A stretch of DNA of 64,000 nt. It comes from an uncultured archaeon (GTDB lineage: Archaea; Aenigmatarchaeota; Aenigmatarchaeia; GW2011-AR5). The DNA lies in contig CAYJVT010000001.1 of the NCBI GenBank assembly GCA_964373695.1, positions 22,328 through 86,327 of the forward strand, in the 5' to 3' direction. Position numbers and translations under genes: made by a program. The notes under the pieces were generated by a model, which saw only the letters and a list, made by a program, of their open reading frames with translations, was not told where the DNA came from and searched no databases. Shown here piece after piece: positions 46,530-55,638 of the stretch. The stretch's first letter is position 1, and each line of letters opens with the position of its first letter.

Positions 46530-47473
46530 AGCCTCTCGTGAGCATATGCATACCCAATTACAACGGAGAAAGGTATATAAGGCACGCCATAGAGAGCGCC
46601 CTGGCGCAGACATACCGCAGGACTGAAATCATCGTGACGGACAACGCATCCACGGACGGCTCGTGGGATATAATAAAATCCTTCAGGAGGATAAAAAAAT
46701 TCAGGCATAAGTCCAACATGGGATATAACAGGAACCTCAATACATGCGTAGAGCTTGCAAAAGGAAAGTATGTGAAGATTCTACATTCCGATGACATGCT
46801 TGAAAAGGATGCCGTGAAAACGCAGGTGGAAGCGATGGAAAGCGCGCCGGCAGCCGGCTTCATATACAGCCCGGTGAAGCTTATTGACGAGAAGGGGGAT
46901 TTCATTGAAAATTTCTCCGCCGGAGACGCCGCCCTCATAATACCGGGGAAGCAGAAACTGGCCGAGCTACTCAATGGCAACCATATAATGTTTCCTTCTG
47001 TCATGATAAGGGCCGAATGCTTCAGGAAGGTCGGTTTGTTCGACGGTGAAATACCGTACTGCAATGACTGGGACATGTGGATGAGGATATCCATGAAATA
47101 TGACGTCGCGTACAGCAATTGTGTTTCCGCATCATACAGGGTATACCGCCATAGCGGAGGCACCGTCAGGTATGAGGTTCATGACATATCGGGCTTCCAG
47201 ATGTACATGTGCCTGACAAAAATCCTCTCCATGATAAGCGACGAATCTATCCTGAAAAACGGGAGAAGATACTATAAGAATCTTGCGATGGAGCAGATAT
47301 CCAGGGGCCTTTCCCTGATAAAGAAGGGAAGAAAATCCCACGGCAGGAGATACGTCCTGGCGGCTTCTTCCATGTATGACGGCTTCCTGTTCAGGCTGTC
47401 CGTCTATGCCGTATATCTTCTGACATATGCCGGCATGAGCGGAATTATTCTCAGGCTGGGAAAAATCAAGTAG
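46526..47473 (+). CDS. GT2 glycosyltransferase
   Basis: MKPLVSICIPNYNGERYI...TDNASTDGS...HSDD (DxD). ATGA overlap with ddhC. Confidence 0.8.
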   Translation: MKPLVSICIPNYNGERYIRHAIESALAQTYRRTEIIVTDNASTDGSWDIIKSFRRIKKFRHKSNMGYNRNLNTCVELAKGKYVKILHSDDMLEKDAVKTQVEAMESAPAAGFIYSPVKLIDEKGDFIENFSAGDAALIIPGKQKLAELLNGNHIMFPSVMIRAECFRKVGLFDGEIPYCNDWDMWMRISMKYDVAYSNCVSASYRVYRHSGGTVRYEVHDISGFQMYMCLTKILSMISDESILKNGRRYYKNLAMEQISRGLSLIKKGRKSHGRRYVLAASSMYDGFLFRLSVYAVYLLTYAGMSGIILRLGKIK

Positions 47474-47549
47474 GACATTATTCGAAACTCCTGTATATAT
47501 TCATAAATTTATTTGGGCATGTTATGTTACCAAAAACTTTGGTGTAAAT

Positions 47550-48437
47550 ATGCGTATACTTGTGACTGGCGGAAGCGGATTCGTAGGCAGGAATGCGGCG
47601 GAACATTTCGGGAAAAAACACGAAGTCCTGGCGCCAACGCACAGGGAACTGGACCTGCTTGAGGAAAACAAGGTAAGGGATTTCTTCAGGCAGAATGAAG
47701 TGGACGTTGTAGTCCACGCTGCAATAAAGCCAGGAAACAGGAATACAAAAGAGACTTCCAACCGATTTTACAGCAACGTCAGGATGTTCTTCAACATAAT
47801 GCGCAATTCCGACAGGTTTGGTAAGATGATATTCACGAGTTCTGGCGCCATTTATGACATGAGGTATCCGATACAGAAAGTGACGGAGGATTTCGCCGGC
47901 GAACGCGTCCCGGCAGACGACCTGGGCTTTTCCAAGTATATAATATCAAAACACATCGACCACTCGCCAAACGTGACGGAGCTCAGGGTATTCGGGGTTT
48001 TCGGGAAATACGAGGATTATGAAATAAGGTTTATTTCAAATGCAATTTGCAGGGCGCTTCTAGGTCTGCCGATAGCAATAAAACAGAACAGGGTTTTCAG
48101 CTATGTTTACATTGATGACCTGATGAAAGTAATGGAGCACTTCATCAAAAAGGATGGTGAATACAGGTCGTACAACGTCACGGACGGGCTCCCTATGGAG
48201 CTTTTGACCATCGCAAAGAAGGTATCTGAAATAGCCGGAAAGGACGCGGGTATCAAAGTGAGGTATGAAGGCATGGAAGACGAGTACAGCGGAGACAATT
48301 CACGCTTGAAGAAAGAGACAGGCATCGGATTCACGCCAATAGGCGATGCAATAAAGAACCTTGTTGCATGGTATGAAGAAAATATAAGCCAAATCAACAA
48401 AGACCTGTTGGTTCTGGATGAAAAGAGTAGGTGGTAA
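47550..48437 (+). CDS. NAD(P)-dependent SDR reductase/epimerase (candidate CDP-4-keto-3,6-dideoxyhexose reductase, RfbJ/RfbS/YerF-like)
   Basis: MRILVTGGSGFVGRNAAEHF.... 295 aa, the size of abequose/paratose synthases. Confidence 0.65.
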   Translation: MRILVTGGSGFVGRNAAEHFGKKHEVLAPTHRELDLLEENKVRDFFRQNEVDVVVHAAIKPGNRNTKETSNRFYSNVRMFFNIMRNSDRFGKMIFTSSGAIYDMRYPIQKVTEDFAGERVPADDLGFSKYIISKHIDHSPNVTELRVFGVFGKYEDYEIRFISNAICRALLGLPIAIKQNRVFSYVYIDDLMKVMEHFIKKDGEYRSYNVTDGLPMELLTIAKKVSEIAGKDAGIKVRYEGMEDEYSGDNSRLKKETGIGFTPIGDAIKNLVAWYEENISQINKDLLVLDEKSRW

Positions 48438-48442
48438 TAAAT

Positions 48443-50257
48443 ATGATGATACTATCCGACTACATTATGAAGAGGCTTGTTGAATACGGGGTCAGGCATA
48501 TTTTCACTATCACTGGCGGCGGCGCCATGTACCTTAACGATGCCATGCAGAAATGCAAGGAAATAGAATACATATGTAACCACCACGAGCAAGCGTGCGC
48601 CATGGCCGCGGAAGGCTACTCGAGGGCGTGCGAAAAGATGGCCGTCGTCCAGGTGACGACAGGCCCGGGGGGCACCAATACGGTTACCGGGGTCTTGGGC
48701 CAGTGGACGGACTCCGTGCCAGTATTGTATATCTCCGGCCAGGTGAAGCTGGAGACTTCTGTTGAATCGTGCCTAGATATAGGACTGAGGCAGCTGGGCG
48801 ACCAGGAAGCCAGGATTGTGAAAATAGTGAAGCCAATAACCAAATTCGCTGCTGTCGTAAAGAACCCGGAAGATATCAGGAAACTCCTTGAGAAAGCGAT
48901 ATACATCTGCACACATGGCAGGCCTGGACCTGTCTGGCTTGACATACCGACAAATGTGCAGAGCACGCTGATAGACGAAACAAATCTGGAAGGGTATGAC
49001 GAAAAGGAAGATGAGATGAAGTTCAATGGGGACAGTTTGAAGGAAAACGTAAAGAAGGTAGTTGCGCTTATAAAGGCGTCCAAGAGGCCTGTAATCATAG
49101 CGGGCCGCGGAATAAGGATTTCAGGCTCGCGCGACATTTTCCTGGGCATAGCAGAGAGCATGGGGATTCCAGTCCTGTCCACCCACAACGGCTACGACGT
49201 AATCTATACGGACCATCCTCTGTCAGTAGGGAGGATAGGGATATACGGCGACAGGTCTGGCAACTTTGCGCTGCAGAATTCCGATTTATTGATATCAATA
49301 GGCTCGAGAAACAACGTGAAGCAGGTGAGCTACAACTGGAAATGCTTCGCAAGGGAGGCAAAAAAGGTTTTTGTTGACATAGACGAGTCCGAGCTGAAGA
49401 AGCCTACGATAAGCCCCGATATCGCAATACATTCCGACGCCAAGGATTTTCTTCTGGAGCTCAAATCTCAGATGGCGAAGGAAAAAATGCCTTCTTTCTC
49501 TGAATGGCTTAAATGGTGCATCGAAAGGAAAAAGCGGTATCCTGTGGTACTTCCCGAATATAAAAAGCCGGGAAAGTTTGTCAACCCATATTATTTCAAC
49601 CAGAAGGTCACGGAATGCCTGAAAGAAGACGACATCATTGTGACCGGCGTCGGCACGTCATTCTTTGCTGTCTATCAGTCGGCAATAGTGAAGAAAAACC
49701 AGCGGTTTATATGGAACACCGGATGCTCGGCAATGGGGTACGACCTCCCGGCTGCGATAGGCGCGTGCGTCGCAAGCGGAAGAAAGGACATAATATGCCT
49801 CGCGGGCGACGGGAGCATACAACTGAACATCCAGGAGCTTCAAACTATTTCTTATCACAAAATGCCGATAAAGATTTTCGTCTACAACAACAACGGATAC
49901 GTCTCCATGAGGCAGACGCAGGAGAACTTTTTTGACAAAAGGTACATAGGATGCGACAAGAACTCTGGAGTAGGATTCCCGGACATCAGAAAAGTGGCAG
50001 CCGCCTACAACATACAGTCCGAAATAATAGAAAGTCATGAAGACATGGAGAGAAAAATAATGAAAGTTCTGGGGCACAAGGGACCAATTGTATGCGAAGT
50101 CGTGATGGACCCTGACTGCAGGTTCCTGCCGAAGATAACGTCGAGAAAGGTTAACGGCACTTTCGTTTCGAGCCCGCTGGAAGACATGTCCCCATTCCTT
50201 GAGCGCGAGGAACTCAAGGACAACATGATAATACCCATGTGGGAAGAAAGCAAGTAG
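48443..50257 (+). CDS. Thiamine-diphosphate-dependent acetolactate-synthase-like enzyme (YerE-like carboligase candidate)
   Basis: ~604 aa with TPP_N (...GVRHIFTITGGGAMYLNDAM...VQVTTGPGGTNTVTGV...) and a TPP-binding C-domain (...GDGSIQLNIQEL...). Confidence 0.7.
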   Translation: MMILSDYIMKRLVEYGVRHIFTITGGGAMYLNDAMQKCKEIEYICNHHEQACAMAAEGYSRACEKMAVVQVTTGPGGTNTVTGVLGQWTDSVPVLYISGQVKLETSVESCLDIGLRQLGDQEARIVKIVKPITKFAAVVKNPEDIRKLLEKAIYICTHGRPGPVWLDIPTNVQSTLIDETNLEGYDEKEDEMKFNGDSLKENVKKVVALIKASKRPVIIAGRGIRISGSRDIFLGIAESMGIPVLSTHNGYDVIYTDHPLSVGRIGIYGDRSGNFALQNSDLLISIGSRNNVKQVSYNWKCFAREAKKVFVDIDESELKKPTISPDIAIHSDAKDFLLELKSQMAKEKMPSFSEWLKWCIERKKRYPVVLPEYKKPGKFVNPYYFNQKVTECLKEDDIIVTGVGTSFFAVYQSAIVKKNQRFIWNTGCSAMGYDLPAAIGACVASGRKDIICLAGDGSIQLNIQELQTISYHKMPIKIFVYNNNGYVSMRQTQENFFDKRYIGCDKNSGVGFPDIRKVAAAYNIQSEIIESHEDMERKIMKVLGHKGPIVCEVVMDPDCRFLPKITSRKVNGTFVSSPLEDMSPFLEREELKDNMIIPMWEESK

Positions 50258-50306
50258 GACATTCTTCAAAAAATAAAGTCAAGCTTAAATAACTTGCCAA
50301 TTTATT

Positions 50307-50924
50307 ATGAAAATGTTTGATGTATCCGACAGGCTCGTTACGGAAAGAAGGGCGCTTTTCAGCTACAGTCCTGTGCTTTTCAGAACTGGCGAATCTTATG
50401 GCCGTTCGATGGAGCAAGTGCCTGAAGGATTCGCTGCATCCTCATTGCGACATGAAGGGTACATAATACAGCAGATGAGAGAAGATGTCGGGCCCCTTTC
50501 TTACGAGCCGTATTCAGAAGTCTTCGGCATCGGAAGCAGCGAGCGAGCGAGGCTCATGCTATCCACAAGGCTTCGCGTTCCGCACGGCCATGACCCGGAG
50601 AAATACGAAACACGGGGCGGGAGAAGACACTGGAGAAGGATGCTTGTGGAAGGAGACAGCGAGACAGGTGTGATGGTTCCTGAAAGCGGCGTTGTCTATC
50701 GGTTCGACAAAGAGTCGGGACTTCCGGAAGTCACCGGACCGCTTGCAGAAAGTTTGTATCCGTTTTCGGTAAGATTCAATTTCAGGCCGTTGTGGAGTGA
50801 CTCGGTTATTGTAATAAAAGATGCCGGCCCTGACACAGACAAAGGCCTAGTAATAGAAGCGTCCAGAAGCACGCGCTACAGGCATCCGGACCACTCTGTA
50901 AGGCTTGTAAGAGAACTGGCCTAA
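50307..50924 (+). CDS. Hypothetical protein
   Basis: 205-aa ORF and the only long ORF in this interval. No recognisable motif. Confidence 0.35.
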   Translation: MKMFDVSDRLVTERRALFSYSPVLFRTGESYGRSMEQVPEGFAASSLRHEGYIIQQMREDVGPLSYEPYSEVFGIGSSERARLMLSTRLRVPHGHDPEKYETRGGRRHWRRMLVEGDSETGVMVPESGVVYRFDKESGLPEVTGPLAESLYPFSVRFNFRPLWSDSVIVIKDAGPDTDKGLVIEASRSTRYRHPDHSVRLVRELA

Positions 50925-51090
50925 ATCTTTCTGCATTTGGCTTTGTAGAAATGCTCTAAAGTTCAGCTAGAATCGACAAGGATATATAAATTAACGCAAA
51001 ATCCACTCCTACCAAAACCTGTAATAAACAGAGTGATTTATTAACTCCTTAATTTGACAGGAAAGAAATTCAAGGATAATCATAGGGTTT

Positions 51091-51711
51091 CTACAGAGCC
51101 CTGCATTTCACTATGTAGCCTTCACAGAAGAACTCGTTCTTGAATGGCATCTCAAACCTGAAGAACGGTATCATTGGCCTGTGGTAGTGCACCTCTTCTA
51201 TTTCAAACATGCCATGAAGCATCTTCTTCAGGTACCACAGGAAAACAGGCGTAACGTGCACTTTCTTTTCCGGTTCGTCGGCAAAGAAGCCGTGGAAGCC
51301 GCCAGTGAAAAGGAAGTACAGTTTCTGGTACCAGTTGTTCGGGTTCGGGGTTGAGATTATGGCTTGGCCGCCTTTTCTTAGCACCCTATGAAACTCTTTT
51401 ATCGCGGTATATGGGCTGTCAAGGTGCTCCAGATTCTCTATTGAAAATATGAAGTCGAATGAATTGTCATTGAAAGGTATTTTCTCGTTGAGGTCGGCTT
51501 TCTTGAATTCCACTCCATCGGCAAAGAATTTTTCCTTCTCTATATCGACTCCATGGAGGTTCTTGTACCCCATCTTCTGCAGTTCATTGAGAAGCGCCCC
51601 CTCGCCGCAGCCGGCATCGAGTACCGCGGCTTTCTTGGCTATATTATTTCTCAGAAATATCTCCATGACCTTTTCATGAAGTTTCGGCGTGGCAATAGGC
51701 TTCGGTTCCAT
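51091..51711 (-). CDS. Class I SAM-dependent methyltransferase
   Basis: ...AAVLDAGCGEGALLNEL... (motif I) and ...DFIFSIENLEHL... (motif II/post I). Confidence 0.75.
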   Translation of the reverse strand: MEPKPIATPKLHEKVMEIFLRNNIAKKAAVLDAGCGEGALLNELQKMGYKNLHGVDIEKEKFFADGVEFKKADLNEKIPFNDNSFDFIFSIENLEHLDSPYTAIKEFHRVLRKGGQAIISTPNPNNWYQKLYFLFTGGFHGFFADEPEKKVHVTPVFLWYLKKMLHGMFEIEEVHYHRPMIPFFRFEMPFKNEFFCEGYIVKCRAL

Positions 51712-51789
51712 TAATTATCCTCTGATTATAGAAGATTAATCAAACGTTTAAAAAGAATGAATAATAGGGGTTTTACTGGTCGTATTGTC

Positions 51790-52452
51790 TTACTGCAATC
51801 CGTTCACTTCTATCAGGTCTCCAACGCCATCGTATCTGGGACGGGAGCCTACATTGTCAAGCCCTTCAAAATCATGTCGCCAGTCAAAGCTGATGTTGAA
51901 TTTTCCGTGTCCTTTAAGCGGGTATGTGCGCCCTACAAATCTATCATCACTAGAGGCGCTGCTGGGCTGAAAAAAGAATGAAACCTGGCCAGGCGGCACG
52001 CCTTTTTTCTCCAGCCTTCTCATCGCCTCTTCTTTGCTGTCAACTGTCTCGAGCGGTATGAGTGTTTCAAAGGTCTCGCATCCGCGTGTTTCTTTACGGA
52101 ACCATCCGTCTTCTGTGAGCACATACCAGCCGCTCCTCGGCGCCCACGTATCAATGACTGCTTCTCTTTCTGTACCGGTATTGAGAACATACTTCAAATG
52201 AATCCTGCCTCTTCTGTCGGACCCGTTTTTGCGTATTCTTGCCGCATCCATTGTTATCTCAGACCAATATCTCATTTCTCTGCCTCTTTCATCGTCCGTA
52301 CGGCATATGGGATTGTCAAAATTGTTGTGGCTATAGCCTTTCCATAAATTGGCTCCTGAATCCGCCCGCTCAGAAAGTGTTCTGTACGGCAAAGAAAATC
52401 CGTCCACAAAATTTGCAACAGCCAGTCCATTTCCGAGAGAAATATATTGCAT
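51790..52452 (-). CDS. Hypothetical protein
   Basis: 220-aa ORF. The structured repeat element lies just upstream. No family recognised. Confidence 0.4.
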   Translation of the reverse strand: MQYISLGNGLAVANFVDGFSLPYRTLSERADSGANLWKGYSHNNFDNPICRTDDERGREMRYWSEITMDAARIRKNGSDRRGRIHLKYVLNTGTEREAVIDTWAPRSGWYVLTEDGWFRKETRGCETFETLIPLETVDSKEEAMRRLEKKGVPPGQVSFFFQPSSASSDDRFVGRTYPLKGHGKFNISFDWRHDFEGLDNVGSRPRYDGVGDLIEVNGLQ

Positions 52453-52518
52453 AGATTTTTTAGGTGGTAAATTTATTTAAAAAACATGAAAAACTTTTAT
52501 CTTTGTTCTAGGCGTTCA

Positions 52519-52611
52519 TATAGTGCTCCAAGAAAACAATCATAATTATTAGTTTTCTTGGCACTATATGTGAACCAAATAAGTTATATCCTGTTTATTT
52601 ATTTGGTTCAC
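52519..52611. repeat. Structured ~95-bp repeat element, copy 1 (palindrome TATAGTGCTCCAA...TTGGCACTATA plus hairpin GTGAACCAAATAA...TTATTTGGTTCAC)
   Basis: An imperfect inverted repeat at 52519-52537 / 52552-52568, and a perfect 13-bp inverted repeat at 52570-52582 / 52599-52611 abutting the GT4 stop codon. It is homologous to 56601-56695 in inverted orientation. Confidence 0.7.
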
Positions 52612-53675
52612 TATAGAAGCGATTTATATATTTTGTAAACTTTTTCCGACACTTCGCCGTCCCTGAACTGCGTTGTGTGCTTTATTGCTTTCTTTCCAAG
52701 AGACTTTCTTTTTCTGCTGTCGTCGATGAGATTCTCTATCTTCTCTTTCATGTCTTTCCAGTCCCCGTAATCAACTAGGACTCCGCCTTCGCCAACTGTC
52801 TCAGGCACGGCACCGACGCGTGTGCTCACTACGGGCGTGCCGCACATCCCTGCCTCGGCAAGCACATATCCGAACGACTCGTATTTCGTTGGTGCCACCA
52901 ATATGTCCATGGAATTCAGGTGCGAGGCTATGTTCTTTGGGGCAAGTTCTCTGTGGAATTTGAACCTGCCGTTCTTTCTTATCTCGCTCTCAAGTTCGCC
53001 GAACCCTATGAAAACAAACTCGACGTCTTTCCTCTCCTCCTGTATCTTGCCGAAAATCTCGGCCGCTACCAGAGCCCCTTTCCACGGAAGCATGGGGCCT
53101 ATGAAACCTATGCGTGTTTTTCCGCTTTCCTTCCTGTCAGGATAGAATGTTCTGCTGTCGACCGGCGGCGGCACGACATCGAAGTTCCCTTTCACGTACC
53201 TGGAAAGCCTTGTCCTCTCGTCTTTGTTGAAGGCCAGCGTCTTTTTTGAGAATTTCAGGAGCGGCCATCCCTGAAAAATCCCGTACTGCCAAGAAAGCAT
53301 CCTCTTTCCTGTGGTGTAAATGGGGGGGTGGAAGGCCGGGGTGAAAATATGCGGGCTCTTCATCCTTATCGACGATACGAAGCCGGCCGTTGCCGGAAAG
53401 TATCCGTAATGGAACGAATGAAATATGTCAGGCCTGGATCTGGGCTCCGTCAGCATCTTTCTGGCGAAAAGAAAGCTTTTCATTCCGGCTTCGAATCTTT
53501 TCACGCTTATGTTGCCCTCTTTTTCGTATGTTTTCTGGGGGCCGGAAACTATGGAACAGACGCTTATTTCGTCGCCTTTTTCAGCCATATTTCTCGCTAG
53601 GAAATACGCAGCATTGGATATGCCGAATTTCGAATGGCCGAGGCTGAACATTGTGGTGAACATAGATACTTTCAT
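52611..53675 (-). CDS. Glycosyltransferase family 4
   Basis: ...ESFGYVLAEAGMCGTPVVSTRVGAVPETV... GT4 signature. Confidence 0.8.
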   Translation of the reverse strand: MKVSMFTTMFSLGHSKFGISNAAYFLARNMAEKGDEISVCSIVSGPQKTYEKEGNISVKRFEAGMKSFLFARKMLTEPRSRPDIFHSFHYGYFPATAGFVSSIRMKSPHIFTPAFHPPIYTTGKRMLSWQYGIFQGWPLLKFSKKTLAFNKDERTRLSRYVKGNFDVVPPPVDSRTFYPDRKESGKTRIGFIGPMLPWKGALVAAEIFGKIQEERKDVEFVFIGFGELESEIRKNGRFKFHRELAPKNIASHLNSMDILVAPTKYESFGYVLAEAGMCGTPVVSTRVGAVPETVGEGGVLVDYGDWKDMKEKIENLIDDSRKRKSLGKKAIKHTTQFRDGEVSEKVYKIYKSLL

Positions 53676-54586
53676 TCCATCATCACCTTGGAAAAAACAT
53701 CCGAATAAAGTTTTGCCTGGTTCTTCCAGTCATGTTTTTTCGCCACCTCGACGGCATCTTTACCCTTCACATTATAGACGCCTTTCCTGATGGGGAATAT
53801 CTCTAAATTAGACTCCATGCTGGCGATTATGTTCAGACCGCATGCAGCCGCCTCCATAGGCACCAGCGGATGTCCCTCGAATTTCGAAAAAAACAGCAGA
53901 GTGCTGGCAGCCCTGTATAAATCTGGCATATCCTCATGCCTCATCATGCCAAGATACCTGATGCCGTCAGAATCCTGGCCTTCGACGCCGACTATTGTTA
54001 TCACGCCTTTGTGCCTCTTGGCGTATTCTATGGCACCATCAAGTCCTTTCAGCGCCGGGTTGTCGCCGACCCAGATAAAACCCCTGCCCCTTTTCGTGGG
54101 GCTGAAAAATCCCGTATCAACGCCGTTATGCACCACTGTTATCTTCTCTGAATCTATCCTATATTCCTGGATTATCTGGCTTTTGACGCTGTTGGAAACC
54201 GCTATTATATGGTCCGACTTCCTCAATAGCCTTCCCTGGAAGAACACCGCCATCCTGGACTTTATTTTCTCTGTTGCTGTACGCGGGGGCGATATCTTGT
54301 AGTAGTTTTTCCACAGTCCGTGGCATGTGTACACCGTCTTTTTCATGAAAGGTCGGAAGGTGCAGAAATATCCGTGAGTGTCATGAATATTGACGATGTC
54401 GCATCCGCTTGCCGCGACCCTCAGAGGTGCCGCCAGCATCAATAAAATATTTTTCACGGCGCTCCTTGAGCCGGAAACCGTGTGCCCCCCGACATATCTC
54501 CTTATGTTTCTCACGACGTTCGGCGTGCCGCCATTATACCTGTCCGGATTGGAATCGAGCACATAGCAGACCTGCATTTTATACAC
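53672..54586 (-). CDS. Glycosyltransferase family 4
   Basis: ...FEGHPLVPMEAAACGLNIIAS... with an N-terminal GT-B domain. Confidence 0.8.
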   Translation of the reverse strand: MYKMQVCYVLDSNPDRYNGGTPNVVRNIRRYVGGHTVSGSRSAVKNILLMLAAPLRVAASGCDIVNIHDTHGYFCTFRPFMKKTVYTCHGLWKNYYKISPPRTATEKIKSRMAVFFQGRLLRKSDHIIAVSNSVKSQIIQEYRIDSEKITVVHNGVDTGFFSPTKRGRGFIWVGDNPALKGLDGAIEYAKRHKGVITIVGVEGQDSDGIRYLGMMRHEDMPDLYRAASTLLFFSKFEGHPLVPMEAAACGLNIIASMESNLEIFPIRKGVYNVKGKDAVEVAKKHDWKNQAKLYSDVFSKVMME

Positions 54587-54675
54587 TATTAAGCATACCC
54601 ATTTAAACCGTAATTGATTAGAACAGTCTTGGAAAGAATTACGGCTTTAAAGCCGTAGTATAATACTCTTCTGAA

Positions 54676-55623
54676 ATGAAAAGGAAGAAAATCAGCGTCG
54701 TCATAACAACGTACAACAGGGCGCCGCAGCTTCTCAAATGTGTGAATTCTGTCATTAACCAGAATTATCCCAGAAACATGTATGAAATAATAGTCGTGAA
54801 CGACTGCTCGACAGACAGCACGAAAAGTGTGATGGATGGTATTTCGAGGAGCCATAAAAATATTCGTGTATTGTCGCACAGCGAAAATAGGGGCGAGGCC
54901 GGAGCCCGCAACACCGGAATAAAGGCCGCCGGAGGCGATGTAATAGCGTTTATTGACGACGACTGCATTGCCGGGAAGGGATGGCTCTCTTCCATTAACC
55001 ATTCGTTTGGTAAGAACGTGGACGGAGTCGAGGGTAAAACATTCGCTGTGGGTGTTAAGGGGCCTTTTGACAATTATGTGGAGAATCTTCACGGCGGGAA
55101 ATACATGACATGCAACATGTCGTACAGGGCACGGCTCATAAAGGGAATAAGATGCGATGAGCGCCTTCTATATGCAAACAGGGTGGACAGCGACCTCGCA
55201 TTCTCCGTCATTGAAAATGGTGGGAAGATGGTTTTCAGCAAAGAAGCTTCCGTGGAGCATTCAATAACGCGCGGCTCCTTTTGCTCAAAGCTGCGCAGAA
55301 AGAAGTTCTTCATGAACGACGCCCTGCTCTATAAGAAGCATCCGGCTCTGTATAAGAGGGATATAAGATTCCCCTTCGAGAAATTCACGCCGTTTTACAT
55401 GCTCTTTGCAGTAGCCTCGCTCATAAGCCCGCTTTTCCTCGCAGGGCTTTTCTTGGTGGCGGCGGCCGAGCTCGTTGACAGGGGATGGCGCGCCGGTCCC
55501 GCGGACTTCGTTAAATTTGCCGTTCTCCAGTCCGTCGGTTCCTTTGTAATAATAGCCTCCGTTTTATATGGGTGCTGGAAATACGGCTCTTCTCCGAGAA
55601 TCCTCCTCCCTTTTAAATCTTGA
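54676..55623 (+). CDS. GT2 glycosyltransferase with C-terminal transmembrane segments
   Basis: KISVVITTYNRAPQLLKCVNSV...VNDCSTDST...FIDDDC (DxD), and a hydrophobic C-terminus. Confidence 0.8.
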   Translation: MKRKKISVVITTYNRAPQLLKCVNSVINQNYPRNMYEIIVVNDCSTDSTKSVMDGISRSHKNIRVLSHSENRGEAGARNTGIKAAGGDVIAFIDDDCIAGKGWLSSINHSFGKNVDGVEGKTFAVGVKGPFDNYVENLHGGKYMTCNMSYRARLIKGIRCDERLLYANRVDSDLAFSVIENGGKMVFSKEASVEHSITRGSFCSKLRRKKFFMNDALLYKKHPALYKRDIRFPFEKFTPFYMLFAVASLISPLFLAGLFLVAAAELVDRGWRAGPADFVKFAVLQSVGSFVIIASVLYGCWKYGSSPRILLPFKS

Positions 55624-55638
55624 CTTTATAGGAAATAC

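Noticed and set aside
50925-51090. Hairpin gcatttggctttgtagaaatgc (50933-50954) after the stop at 50924, as a possible terminator
   Set aside because: A 6-bp stem only, with no following T-tract. Archaeal terminators are usually oligo-T. Too weak to call.
52519-52611. Interpreting the repeat element as nothing more than a strong archaeal TATA/BRE promoter
   Set aside because: It does contain ctatata boxes. But the shared 13-mer TATAGTGCTCCAA, the nested dyad symmetry and the conserved-stem/variable-loop pattern go beyond a generic promoter. Kept as a structured repeat with possible promoter function.
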